From the NCBI GenBank assembly GCA_030390025.1, contig CM059432.1:143408001-143472000 (forward strand): a stretch of DNA of 64,000 nt. Reading direction: 5' to 3'. Both the position numbers and the translations under genes were made by a program. The DNA is from Squalus acanthias (Eukaryota). Below are positions 50,701-63,674 of this stretch, one piece after another. A model generated the notes under the pieces. That model worked only from the letters and a program-made list of their open reading frames with translations, was not told the DNA's origin and did not search any database. Position 1 is the stretch's first letter. Every line of letters starts with the position of its first letter.

Positions 50701-51776
50701 CAATTCCCTTTTTGAAAGTTACTATTGAATCTGCCTCCACCAGCCTTTCAGGCAGTGCACTGCAGATCACAACAACTTGCGTAATAAATATATATCCCCT
50801 CTGGTTCTGGTTACTGGCCCTCTTGCCAGTGGAAACAGTTTCTCATTTATTTTCTCAGTTTGTTAAAATTGAATTTAAATTCTCAAACTGGCATGGGATT
50901 TGAACACACATTCTCTGCATTATTAGTCCAGGCCTGTAGATTACTCGCCCAGTAACATAACCACAACACTACCATACCCCATACTGTTTTGAACAGACCC
51001 GTCTCTCTCTCATCTGGCACAGAATGTGTTTGTTGGCAATTAACAGTCTGTTCAGAGGTCACTGGCTCTTTGGTAGATTTTTCATTCTTGTCCTTGTTAA
51101 TTTAATTTCTCCACTCTCTGATGGATTATTCCTGTTTTTCACTGATCAATTCATTTTGACAGTAATTCCAAATTCTCCGATTCAATATCTCAACAAATGG
51201 TGCGTTTTTCCAAGTGGGGAAAGTAGAATGATTGATTGTTCTTGAATTCCTTGTACATTCAGCACAGTGTGAATAAAATCATCTGTTCTGGACAGATTGT
51301 CTGGGGGTGAAAAAAAATGACTCCTCGTGATCAGCGCTGTTTACTGCAACACTGAGCTCTCGGCTTTTCCTCACACATCTTCGAAAGTGTTGATGCAGAT
51401 TCAATGTTGATTTGTTATTTCTGACGAGAGTTACTCGTCTCCTTCGCCCTAACACGGGGGGCTATTTCTTTCATGTGAATGGGAGTGCCCACATCACGGA
51501 GTTGTCAGTTCAATGCAGACTTTCCCATTTTGATGTTTTAAAAAAAAAATGTCGACCAAAGTGATCTGCTTTTGAAATTCACTCCCTAGCTCTCCTCATG
51601 CTCAAACTATTCTTTATCCAGACATTCAGCAACTTGAGTTGAAAAAGCCATTGGGCCAGAATTTGCTGGAGCGGGGCATCGCATGTTTGGTTTTTTTTTC
51701 CTCGCCCTTCAGCTTGAATTTTTTTTTGTGCTGCAAATTTCTGGGGGTGCGAGCTGACAGCAGCGGATCTGGGACC

Positions 51777-52180
51777 TTAAACATTCACTCCCTCCACCCC
51801 CGGCGTACCGTGGCTGCAGTGTGTACCATCTACAAGATGCACTGCAGCAACTCCCCAAGGCTTCTTCGGCAGCACCTCCCAAACCCGCGACCTCTTCCAC
51901 CTAGAAGGACAAGGGCAGCAGGCGCAGGGGAACACCACCCCCTCCAAGTTCCCCTCCAAGTCACACACCATCCTGACTTGGAAATATATCGCCGATCCTT
52001 CATCGTCGCTGGGTCAAAATCCTGGAACTCCCTCCCTAACAGCACTGTGGGAGTACCTTCACCACACGGACTGCAGCGGTTCAAGTAGGCAGCTCACCAC
52101 CACCTTCTCGAGGGGCAATTAGGGATGGGCAATAAATGCTGGCCTTGCCGGCGTCACCCACATCCCGTGAATGAATTTTT
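51777..52180 (+). mobile_element. LINE 3' fragment (same family as 56855-58370)
   Basis: LNIHSLHPRRTVAAVCTIYKMHCSNSPRLL..KSWNSLP. Confidence 0.85.
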
Positions 52181-52664
52181 AAAAAACGTGCAACCAACAG
52201 TCTCTCTCCTTAACCAGTAAAAATTAAGGATAGGGAAAGAAACAGAGGAACGACAGAGAAGGAAGGTGAATCAGAGTCAAATCGGGTACAGAAAGAGAAA
52301 TAAAAAGAGGGAAAGAAAGATTGGATTAAGAGAGAGAGAGAAAGGGAAAAAAAGAGACTGAAAGGAAAAGTAAGAAAAAAATGTAATTTAAAACCTCTAA
52401 GAACAACTGTTCCCTTTAAGCTGCACAGCCGCGCTACCATGCAGCGCTCTGGAGGGCCTCTGTAGGCCAGTCATCGGCTTTTGAATTGAAAAACCGCGCA
52501 TGCGCAGAAATTTGAATGGACTGGGCAGCCCGATTAAAGGGGCCGCGCACCCAAAAAAAATTAAAGGGCACATTGTTTGCGACCTGCAGGAATGAGACTC
52601 CACAGTTTCAATTGTTCCATTTCTGGGCTGGAGAGGTTGAGTGGCATTGCAGGAACATAAATCT

Positions 52665-53731
52665 CATAAGAACATAGAATTAGGAGCAGGAGTTGGTCAT
52701 ACGGCCCTTCGAGCCCGCTCCGCCATTCAATAAGACCGTGGCTGATCTTGGACCTCAACTCCACTTTCCTGCCCGATCCCCATATCCCTTGAGTTCCCCA
52801 TGATTCCAAAAATCGATCGATCCCTGCCTTGAATATACTCAATGACTCAGCATCCACAGCCCTTTGGGGCAGAGAATTCCAAAGATTCACAACCCTCTGA
52901 GTGAAGAAATTCCTCCTCATCTCAGTCTTAAAAGGCCGACCCCTTATCCTGAGACTATACTCCCTAGTTCTAGACTCTCCAGCCAAGGGAAGCAACCTCT
53001 CGGCATCTACCCTGTCAATCCCCCTCAGAATCTTATGTTTCAACGAGATCACATCTCATTCTTCTAAACTTCAGAGAGTATAGGCTCAATCTCTCCTCAT
53101 AGGACAACCCTCTCATCCCAGGGATCAATCTAGTGAACCTTCGTTGCACCGCCTCCAAGGCATGTATGTCCTTTCTCAGATAAGGAGATCAAAACTGTGC
53201 ATAATACTCCAGGTGTGGGCTCACCAAGGCCCTGTACAATTGTAGTAAGACTTCCTTACTCTTGTACTCCAACTCCCTTGCAATAAAAGCCAACATGCCA
53301 TTTGCCTTCCTAATTGCTTGCTGTAGCTGCATGCTAAGTCTTTGTGTGTTTCCTGTACGAGGACCCCCTAAATCTCTCTGAACACCAACATTTAATAGTT
53401 TCTCACCATTTAAAAAATATTCTGTTTTTCTATTCTTCCTACCAAACTGAATAACCTCACATTTCCCTACATTATACTCCACCTGCCACGTTACTGCCCA
53501 CTCATTTAGTCTATCTATATCCCTTTGCAGGCTCTTTTTGCCCTCCTCACAGCTTACTTTCCCACCTAGCTTTGTATCGTCCCTTCATCTAAGTCATTAA
53601 TATAGATTATAAATAGCTGAGGCCCGAGCACTGATCCTTGCGGCACCTCACTCGTTACAGCCTGGCAACTGTAAAATGACCCGTTTATCCCTACTCTCTG
53701 TTTTCTGTCCGTTAACCAATCCTCTATCCAT
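52665..53731 (-). mobile_element. CR1 LINE 3' fragment
   Basis: MEYNVGKCEVI..LYRALVSPHLEY; RRNFFTQRVVNLWNSLP. Confidence 0.9.
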
Positions 53732-53874
53732 TAAAAGGATCTTTAGGCTGTTAAGTACCCACCCTCACTTTTTGCGGTGAGTATAATTTGTTTTAACAGT
53801 GCAAATGCAGCAATTTCTTAAAACTCATGGGCAGGTTGAGGGCAAGCAACCATTTTCATCAGACTAACGGCAGT

Positions 53875-54340
53875 TGATTCCTGAGATGAGGGGGTTGACT
53901 TATGAAGAAAGGTTGTGCAGGCTGGGCCTATACTCATTGGAATTTAGAAGAATGAGAGGTGATCTTATTGAAACATACAAGATACTGAGGGGGCTCGACA
54001 AGGTAGATGCAGAGAGGATGTTTCCCCTCGTGGGGAAATCTAGAACTCGGGGGCATAGTTTCAGAATAAAGGGTCGCCCTTTTAGAACTGAGATGAGGAG
54101 GAATTTCTTCTCTCAGAGGGTCGTAAATCTGTGGAATTCTCTGCCCCAGAGAGCCGTAGAGGCTGGGTCATTGAATACATTTAAGGTGGAGATAGACAGA
54201 TTTTTGCAAGATAAGGGAGTGAAGGGTTATGTGGAGCGGGCAGGGAAGTGGCTTTGAGCCCAAGATCAGCCATGATCTTATTGAATGGCGGAGCAGGCTC
54301 GAGGGGCCAAGTGGCCTATTCCTGCTCCTATTTCTTATGT
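53875..54340 (+). mobile_element. CR1 LINE 3' fragment
   Basis: ORF 53874-54257 LGLYSLEFRRMRGDLIETYK..; CR1 tail. Confidence 0.9.
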
Positions 54341-54618
54341 GACGCAAATTGTCCAGCAATTTGCAATTTGCAACTTAGGCGATATCTCCTCCTCGCTACA
54401 AATTGCTGGATTACTTGCACATTAATAACGGCGAGTGCCATTAAAGTTAGAACAAATGTCTACAAGAGATTGTGCAAAAGCAAATGGTGTGTTTCCGAGG
54501 TTGTTAATCTTTTTCCTCACAAATATATCCCCAAATCAAATACACGTCAAAAATAACTTGTGTAACAATAAAAGCCCAAAACATTTTGAGAGAGAGAGAG
54601 AGAGAGACAGCCCTAGTA

Positions 54619-54982
54619 CAGGAAACTCTTTATTAACCGGCACCCAAATATCCGGAAATCTCTCTTAACCAGCAAAATTCTTGAGTAGGTAACCGGGGTT
54701 TTCCTTCATCTCTCGTTTAAAATTAACTTTAAAAAAAACCCCGAGGCGTTTGCCTTGTATCGGAGCGTGTAGATTGGGAGGGGAATGTGCAGCCCGGGTA
54801 GGCAGCGGACACGACAGATGGTCAGCTGGCGGTCCCCGGGGAGACGGAGCTCCGAATGCAGGCGCATGTCAATGTGTACGGGGCTCTCGTACGTTGGGAG
54901 ATATAACTCTCCGTTATCCGGACTTTTTGATCAACCGGCACCACGCCGGTCCCGTCGGTGCCGGTTAATAAAGAGTTTCCTG
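54619..54982. mobile_element. Tc1/mariner-superfamily (pogo/Tigger-like) MITE
   Basis: Perfect 26-bp TIR CAGGAAACTCTTTATTAACCGGCACC; TA TSD on both sides. Confidence 0.88.
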
Positions 54983-55247
54983 TATAATGCAACTAAACCT
55001 GTAGGGTCGGAAACATTCCTGCTGTGGGTTATGCTGCTGTTGAGAAATGAATCGAGTCTGCTGGTGGTCTGGAGAGGTAGTTACACAAGAATTTCCGGCA
55101 TCAGCTGATCGGCATGCCCATTGGAGTAAATCCCGTGTAAAACAGGTGCATCAGCTGCACTGCATGGAAACTGCAGTGCAGCCTTTAAAACGTCTGTTCA
55201 ACCTGCACACTTCAGCAGCAGACTGGGGATCAACCAGGTAAGGAAGG

Positions 55248-55347
55248 AAATAAAAACAGGAACTGCTGGAAACACTCAGCAGGTCAGGCAGCATCTGTGG
55301 AGAGAGAAACAGTTAATATTTCAATCGATGACCTTTCATCAGAGCTG
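55248..55347 (-). mobile_element. Short family B pLTR fragment with degenerate hammerhead (55311-55346)
   Basis: Homologous to 31410-31515; CTGATGA..GAA-ATAT-T-AACT with damaged stem II. Confidence 0.65.
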
Positions 55348-55499
55348 GTAAGGAAGGAGCAGTACATGGGGGGGGGGGGGGGGAATCATTGTCCATGGGA
55401 TCAGGGGGTGGGTTTTGTCACCCAGAAGTCATCAGTTGATGTGATTTTCTTTCCTGCGGAGGTCCGGGAGGGCCACATTTTGCAACGTAAAGGCATCAT

Positions 55500-56060
55500 C
55501 TGCAACCGCCAGCATATCGGCCACTGAGTTTTTGGATCCCTTTGCCTGTTGTTATCGACAATCTGCACATTGAGGGAGTGGAAACCCTTCCTGTTGAAGA
55601 GATTTTCTGTGGAAACCCTGTGAATCAATGAGGGCGGATAGCACCTTGGACCTTAGACCTTGGGGAAGCCAGCAAGCCTGTAAAAGTGGCAGCCCTATCT
55701 CACTGCTGCCTCGCTGTGGTGCCACAGGTGATGAATTCTCCAGCTCTCCAGTGAAGGGTGTCAGTGACCTGATGAATGCATGTATGTACCCAGTCAGCCT
55801 GGCTGATATTGCAAGGATTGCCCGTGACGGCCTGAAATCACTCTGTGCCATAAAAGTTGAGTGCAGTGGTCACCTTTCATAGTTACACAGAGACCAGTGC
55901 GGGCAGATGAGAGTGGCTGTAAGGCCTCCTACAGTAGGTAGCAGAGCTGCCCCAGTGCCTCTTTGGTCAAGTGCTCTCTTCTGATGCCCAGCTTCTCAAT
56001 ATGAACTGTGCTGCCTGAATAATCTCCGGAGGGAGGGTCATATCTGACGGGTGGCATCCT
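55500..56060 (-). pseudogene. Decayed PIF/Harbinger (HARBI1-like) DDE transposase remnant
   Basis: VTTALNFYGTE*FQAVTGNPCNISQADWVHTCIHQVTDTL and FNRKGFHSLNVQIV motifs, with stops and frameshifts. Confidence 0.78.
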
Positions 56061-56854
56061 TTTTAAAGGCTGCAAGAGTCTCCTTTGTCCATCCTGTGCT
56101 GCTCCTCCTCTGTGATAATGGCATCCATAGGGAATGCCATACCTGCTCCTGGGAAACCCTCACTGAGCAAGAGGGAAGGGGCAAAAATCTACCCTGAGAG
56201 AGATGGTCAGAAGCAAGTCCAAATGCCTATAGGCAGAATGGCAACAAAAAAAATTATGAAAGCCATAATTTCCCAGCTGCAGAAATTTGTGTTCAAAATC
56301 CCTAGACTCTTCAGGCTCAGAAATGCTCTCACTTGCTCCTTGATCAGCTGACGCTAGCAGAGGCTGCGCCTCTTAATCTCAGTCTATGTTAACCAGAGTG
56401 CATTGTGAGTGTAAACCCAGGAGACTGGGAGTTTCAGCGACACTTTGACGTATGCAAAAGAGGTCAATCAGGACTCAGCGGGCAAAGACTCAAACAGCAC
56501 GAGAGAACACGGGGGGGGGGGGAATGTTTTGATGGCGGAAACCGGTTGCAATTGGTTTATGCCTGAAAAAAAAACATTTCCTGCAAAGTTTATGTTGGCA
56601 TAAATGCACTCAAAACGGAGCAGAAATTCACCTCTGGCGTGCTAGACCTGCAACGAGCCCTTCAGTGAAAAATGTGAAAACACATTGAACTGTGGAGTAA
56701 AATCTGCCACAAAATAAACTAGTCACAAAAGATGCTGAAAGTAAGTCCTAGGATGTAATGAGGAAGAACCTCAAAAGGTTTTACTGCTCCACAAGGAGAG
56801 AGGGGGATAAAGATTCACCCAGGTGCTGGAGTTGCTAGGACAGAGGAATTCTTT

Positions 56855-58370
56855 CATTTTTTTTTATTCGTTTATGGGATGTGGGCGTCGCTGGCAAGGC
56901 CAGCATTTATCGCCCATTCCTAATTGCCCTCGAGAAGGTGGTGGTGAGCCGCCTTCTTGAACCGCTGCAGTCCGTGTGGTGAAGGTACTCCCACAGTGCT
57001 GTTAGGGAGGGAGTTGCAGGATTTTGACCCAGCGACGATGAAGGATCGGCGATATACTTCCAAGTCAGGATGGTGTGTGACTTGGAGGGGAACTTGGAGG
57101 TGGTGGTGTTCCCATACGCCTGCTGCCCTTGTCCTTCTAGGTGGAAGAGGTCACGGGTTTGGGAGGTCCTGCCAAAGAAGCCTTGGCGAGTTGCTGCAGT
57201 GCATCTTGTAGATGGTACACACTGCAGGCACAGTGCGCCGGTGGTGCAGGGAGTGAATGTTTAAGGTGGTAGATGGGGTGCCAATCAAGCGGGCTGCTTT
57301 GTCCTGTATGGTGTCGAGCTTCTTGAGTGTTGTTGGAGCTGCAACTCATCCAGGCAAGTGGAGAGTATTCCATCACATTCCCTACTTGTGCCTTGTAGAT
57401 GGTGGAAAGGCTTTGGGGAGTCAGGAGGTGAGACACTCGCCACAGAATACCCAGCCTCTGACCTGCTCTTGTTGCCACAGTATTTATGTGGCTGGTCCAG
57501 TTAAGTTTCTGGTCAATGGTGACCCCCCAGGATGTTGATGGTGGGGGATTCGGTGATGGTAATGCCGTTGAATGTCAAGGGGCGGTGGTTAGACTCTCGC
57601 TTGTTGGAGATAGTCATTGCCTGGCACTTGTGTGGCGCGAATGTTACCTGCCACTTATCAGCCCAGGTCTTGTTGCATGCGGGCATGAAATGCTTCATTA
57701 TCTGAGGAGTTGTGAATGGCGCTGAACACTGCAGTCATCAGCGAACATCCCCATTTCTGACCTTATGTTGGAGGGAAGGTCATTGATGAAGCAGCTGAAG
57801 ATGGTTGGGCCTAGGACACTACCCTGAGGAACTCCTGCAGCGATGTACTGGGGCTGTGATGATTGACCTTCAATCACCACAACCATCTTCCTTTGTGCTA
57901 GGTATGACTCCAGCCAGTGGAGAGTTTTCCCCCTGATTCCCATTGATTTCAATTTTACTAGGGCTCCTTCTTCCTACACTCGGTCAAATGCTGCCTTGAT
58001 ATCAAGGGCAGTCACTCTCGCCTCACCTCTGGAATTCAGCGCCTTTGTCCATGTTTGGACCAAGGCTGTAATGAGGTCGGGAGCAGAGTGGTCTTGGCGG
58101 AACCCAAACTGGGCATCAGTGAGCAGGTTATTGGTGAGTAAGTGCCGCTTGATAGCACTGTCGATGACACCTTCCATCACTTTGCTGATGATTGAGAGTA
58201 GACTGACGGGGTGGTAATTGGCCGGATTGGATTTGTCCGGCTTTTTGTGGACAGGTCACACCTGGGCAGTTTTCCACATTGTCGGATAGTTGCCAGTGTT
58301 GTAGCTGTACTGGAACAGCTTGGCTAGAGGCACAGCTAGTTCTGGAGCACAAGTCTTCAGCACGATATCC
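56855..58370 (-). mobile_element. LINE ORF2 RT/3' fragment (same family as 41842-42495)
   Basis: [31 protein letters not shown] and MFADD motifs. Confidence 0.9.
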
Positions 58371-58819
58371 CGACAAGTTCACTTCTCAGCAATTTGCTGA
58401 ATCCATTTGACAGCAGGTCTATTTCACTTATCAGTGTATAACCCTATGAAAATAGGGAAGTGGAACATTTCAGTCATGTTTTGAAGGACTGGGCTCTTTA
58501 GAAACGGATGGCTAGCTTTGTTTTTCAGCATTCTACTTGGTGCTGCTCTATAATCAGCAGCGTCAAACTGTTCGAACAGTTTATGATGATGTAACCAGTA
58601 TAGACAATGGCATCTGTATCTGATTACCAGAAGTTAGGAAAAGGAACATGTCTAAACATGTTACCTATTGTTAATGTTTTAAGTGGCAAGGATTACATTA
58701 ATGGGTAGTTGCCTTCTTGGAACTAGTTTCCAAAGTTTCTGATTGTCCTCGTTTCACAGCGTGTCTGTACATTCAAAAGTAAATTAGTTGACACCTAGTG
58801 TGTAACAACTTAATTCCAT

Positions 58820-59357
58820 AATATAAACAGAAAATGCTGGAAATACTCAGCAGGTCAGGCAGCATCTGTGGAGAGAGAAGCAGAGTTAACGTTTCAGGTC
58901 GGTGACCTTTCTTCAGAACTGGAAGATGTTCGAGATTGAACAGTTTTTAAGCAAGTACCGAGGCAGGGAAAGGGGGGGAAGGGGGAAGGAACAAAAGGGA
59001 AGGTCTGTGATCGGGTGGAAGGCAGGAGAGATTAAATGACACAGGGATGATGGTGCAAGGCGAAAGGGGATGGTACTGGGACAAGTAAAGAAACAAAAGA
59101 TGGGTCTAGAGGAGCTGTAAACGGCAACAGCAGAACCATTACCAGCACCTGTTGTCAGAGAAACTGGGAGCAGTGGTTATGGTCTGAAATTGTTGAACTC
59201 AATCTTGTGTCTGGAAGGTTGTAAAGTGCCTAATCGAAAGATGAGATGCTGTTCCTTGAGCTTACGTTGAGCTTGATTGGAACAGTGTAGGAGGCCGAGG
59301 ACAGAGGGGTCAGAGTGGGAGTGGAGCGGTGAATTAAAATGGTCAGTGACCGGATGG
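58820..59357 (-). mobile_element. Penelope-like family B 3' fragment with hammerhead motif at 58884-58920
   Basis: AGTT-CTGAAGA-A-AGGTC ACC GACCT-GAA-ACGT-T-AACT; GIY-YIG C-terminal remnant. Confidence 0.85.
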
Positions 59358-61794
59358 TCCGCCTAGTTCGCCTTCTACTACCTGGTAATCTCATGATACA
59401 ATGATAATGGAGGTGTTGACTAATCATAGCAATCAATTGATATAAAATTCTTTTACTAAATTGTCATAAGGGGTGACTAACAATTCCACTTTGTTGGTGG
59501 GTGAGGCTCCAGCGAGAATCACACCAAGAGTGAACGTGTAGTCCAAGAACCTTTCTTTGACTTTATGTGGAGCACAATATACCTCGTTCTTTCCCCAGCA
59601 CTGACATCCTTCACTGTGACAATCAGCAATTCGAAACTCCCCATTATGAGAAATCCATGTGAAATATTACGAATAGCAGGTGGTGCTTCATATCTCCGAG
59701 AGTTAGCAGCAGTTGCGTGGGCTGGCATTGTATGTTACCCGTAACTCGACCCCATCACGCTCACATTAAACCAAGATGGTTGCAAACTGTCTAATCTTTA
59801 CAAAATGCAAAAAATAAAATCATTTGGATTTGATTAATAATGACTCATTCACTAATAAATTGAGTTTGCCGATGACCTGTCTTGAATGTTTGGGGGAAAT
59901 AGACCAGCCTGTTTGCTGTGAGTGGGAGTTGATGTGCAATGAATGGTTGCTGGCAAAGGGGCTCCTTAGAGTGAAGAACACGATAAATGTGTTCCACTTA
60001 CTCATTCCAGAATCCTAATAGAAGCAGCAGTAACCAAAAGTGATGAGTATTAACAGTTTGAACGTACATAGTTAGAGATAATCTTCTTAGAATTCTTCAT
60101 ACTAGTCTTGTACCAATATTGGAGATCAATGCAGGACAATAATCAGTTGGCTGACAAGTTCGGTATCATGGAGGGACAATCTGGGTTCCATTTATATCCA
60201 TTTAAAAAAGAGAGTAAATAATTAATACTACCTAGTTGTCAGATACAGATTTCATGATATAATATATTAACCATTACTGTGTCTTGTAAGATCGACAGTA
60301 ACAGTTAATCACTCATTCCAACTTTTGCTAACTGTTAAAGTTTAATGTCGTACCATACCTTAAAATTCACTGAGTTTATGTATTTTTTTAAATAATTCAG
60401 ATTCAAATTAACATAACAGAACAGTACATGACCTGACACAACTATTTATTCAACGAACTTCATTTGGTAACAGAAAGAGAATGCATAAAAAAATACAAAC
60501 GTTTTAATATTTCTACTGGCTGTTATTTGTTTGAGTGCCTGATACTTGAAGTTTCAAGCACAATATTAAAATATATCACATTAATAAGCATCGTAATTAT
60601 AATCAATTATATTATCACCTTCTACTTGCAGCAATTCATTCTCAGACTGCCAGCAGGTTTAGGAAATTCTCATCGCCTCGGCCAATCAGTTTTGTTTGTT
60701 TCCAGCTCACGCACTGTGATTGCTCTTTCACAGAGCCGGCGCAGGCACGATGGGCCCAATGGCCTCCTTCTGTGCTGTGTCGGGAGGAAGAGAGAGAGAC
60801 AGGCAGACAGACAGAGACAGAACAGGCCAGAAAAACGAACTGAGTGGGGTACAAGCCGACCACGTGAAAACACCCCCCGCGCTGTGGGGGTAGAAATCCG
60901 TGTGGCCGGGCAGGTACATTCTCTCGAACGTTGAACTTGGCTGCTGCTGCTGCTGCTACAGCTCTCGACACCGACTAGCAGACACTCGAGTCTTTAAACC
61001 TATGCTGGAATGAACATTAATACTACAGTAAGAACTTGCATTTCTGTAGCACCTTCCACCACCTCGGGACGTCCCAAAGCGCTTCACAGCCAATGAAGTA
61101 CTTTTGAAGTGTAGTCACTGTTGGAATGTAGGAAATGCGGCAGCCAATTTGTGCACAGCAAGCTCCCGCAAACAACAACGAGATAAATTATCAGATAATC
61201 TGTTTTTGCTGTTGGTTGAGGGATAAATATTAACTGGAGTTCCTCTGCTCTTCTTCCAATAGTGGCCGTGGGACCTTTCACTTCCACCTGAGAGGGCAGA
61301 CTGGGCCTAGGTTCAATGTCTGGGAACTCAAGTACAATCAGTCTCACCTACCCACCTCTCACCATATCCCTTAATCTCTTCTCTCTCATCCGATTGTCTC
61401 AAGCCCGTTAATACATTGTGATTCAATGGCCTTCCCTGGTGACTTATTCCATAGCTTTTGGGGGAAAATAATGTTACGTGACTTCCTTTTTGTTAACTCT
61501 GGCCAGACACCGGTGGAGCCCGCAGAGAAACAGTGTAAACGTCTGTAAACAAGAACTCCCCACACCCACAGGCTTTGTTCCGGTCTCATTTGCTGCAAAT
61601 GTTGCAGGGTCGGTTGGAATTTGGATTTGGGCTGAAGTGGCAGCCTAGGTTACCTCAAACTCCCAACATTATGCATCAGTAACACTGAAATAATGTATTT
61701 CTCAGCCAAATTGACAGGAGTCATTTCCAGGCTCAGTCCTCATGGAATTGCTCTTGGCATTTCGATTCAGTTGGCACTGGCCAGGTTCTGATTC

Positions 61795-62240
61795 CACATA
61801 AGAAATAAGAGCAGGAGTTGGCCATATGGCCCCTCGAGCCTGCTCCGCCATTCAATAAGATCATGGCTGAACTTCGACCTCAACTCCACTTTCCCGCCCG
61901 ATTCCCCATATCCCTTGATTCCCCTAGAATCCAAAAATCTATCAATCTCAGTCTTGAATATACTCAACGAATGAGCATCCACAGCTCTTTGGGGTGGAGA
62001 ATTCCAAAGATTCACAACCCTCTGAGTGAAGAAATTTCTCTTCATCTCAGTCCTAAATGGCCGACCCCTTATCCTGAGACTATGCTCCCTAGTTCTAGAC
62101 ACTCCAGCCAGGGGAAACAACCTCTCAGCATCTACCCTGTCAATCCCCCTCAGTATCTTATATGTTGCAATGAGATCACCTCTCATTCTTCTAAACCCCA
62201 GGAGTATAGGCCCAATCTACTCAATCTCTCATCATAGGGA
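61795..62240 (-). mobile_element. CR1 LINE 3' fragment
   Basis: MRGDLIATYKILRG..FFTQRVVNLWNS. Confidence 0.9.
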
Positions 62241-62899
62241 GATTAAAGCTCATCCCCTGGGCAGTTTCTCCTAATTGCAGAGCAGTACACAGACACAGAG
62301 CTACTGGCTCCTCAGCAACTAAGTTCACTTAGTCGAGATGTGAATTCTCTAATATTGCAAGAGGCTTCTTCATTATGGTGGCCTTTGATCCTGCCCAATG
62401 AAGGAACCAATCTCCATGTACATAGATCATTAAAATGTCATGGACAGATACAGAAAATAATCAAAAAGGGAATGCTGGCCTTTATATCTAATTATTGAGA
62501 AAAAAACTATCTGAAGCTATATTTTAGTTATGAATTTAATACTGTATTGTGGATCGTTCAGTAACAAATAAATAAAGACTTGCATTTATACAGCATCTTT
62601 CACAACCTCAGGATGTCCCAAAGCACTTTACAGCCAATAAAGTACTTTTTGAAGAGCAGTCACTGTGGTAATGGAGGAAACACAGCAGGCAATTTATGCA
62701 AAGCAAGGTTCCACAAACAGCAATGTGATAATGACCAGATAATCTGTTTTAGTGATTTTGCTTACGGGATAAATGTTGGCCAGGACACCAGGGAGAACGC
62801 CCCTACTCTTCTTCGAAATAGTGCCATGGGATCTTTTATGTCCACCTGAGAGGGCAGGCGTGGCCTCGGTTTAACATTATCCCTTGGAGGCGTCCCTTT

Positions 62900-63660
62900 A
62901 AATTAGAAAATTGCAAATGTAACTCCATTATTTAAGAAAGGTGAGAGAGAGAGAAATCAAGAAATTCTAGATCTGTTAGTCTAACATATGTTGTGGGGAC
63001 GTTATTGGAATCTATAATTAAGGACAGAGTGACTGAGAAATTTGAGCTGATTAGAGAGAGCCAACATGGATTTGTAAAGAATAGGCCACGTCTAATGAAC
63101 ATAATTGAATTTTTTGAGGTAGTAACTAAAGTAGCAGATAGGGGAATGTCTCTGTATGTAGTTTATCTGGACTTCCAGAAGGCATTCAATAAGGTTCCAC
63201 ATAAGAGACTGTTAGCTAAAATTAAAGCTCATGGAATTGAAGGCAAATTATTGACTTGGTTAGGAGATTGGTTAGGCAGTAGAAGACAGAGAGTAGGGAT
63301 AATGGGATAATTGGAAGGAAGCGATTACTCGTGTCCTACAAGGATCTGTACTGTGGCCTCAATTATTCACTATATTTATGAATGACTTTGATAACACAAT
63401 AGAGAGCCATATATCCAAGTTTGCTGATGACACAAAGATTGGTGGCATAGTAAGTAATGTAGACAGGAGCATAAAATTACAAAGACATTGATAGATTAAG
63501 TGAGTGGGTGAAACTATGGCAGATGGATTTCAACACAGGTAAGTGTGAGGTGATCTCTGTTGGACCAAAAAAGGATAGATCCATGTACAATTAAATGATG
63601 AAAAGCTGGGAACAGTGGAAGTCCAAAGAGATTTAGGGGTCCGTGTACACAGATCACTAA
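62900..63660 (+). mobile_element. CR1 LINE RT fragment
   Basis: YLDFQKAFNKVPHKRLL; KFADDTK. Confidence 0.88.
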
Positions 63661-63674
63661 AATATAGTATAAAA

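Noticed and set aside
59440..59800. Protein-like minus-strand frames (WISHNGEFRIADCHSEGCQCWGKNEVYC; DVSAGERTRYIVLHI), considered as an exon of PKHD1L1 or another neighbour
   Set aside because: In-frame stops, no consistent splice sites and only a faint resemblance; would need BLASTX support.
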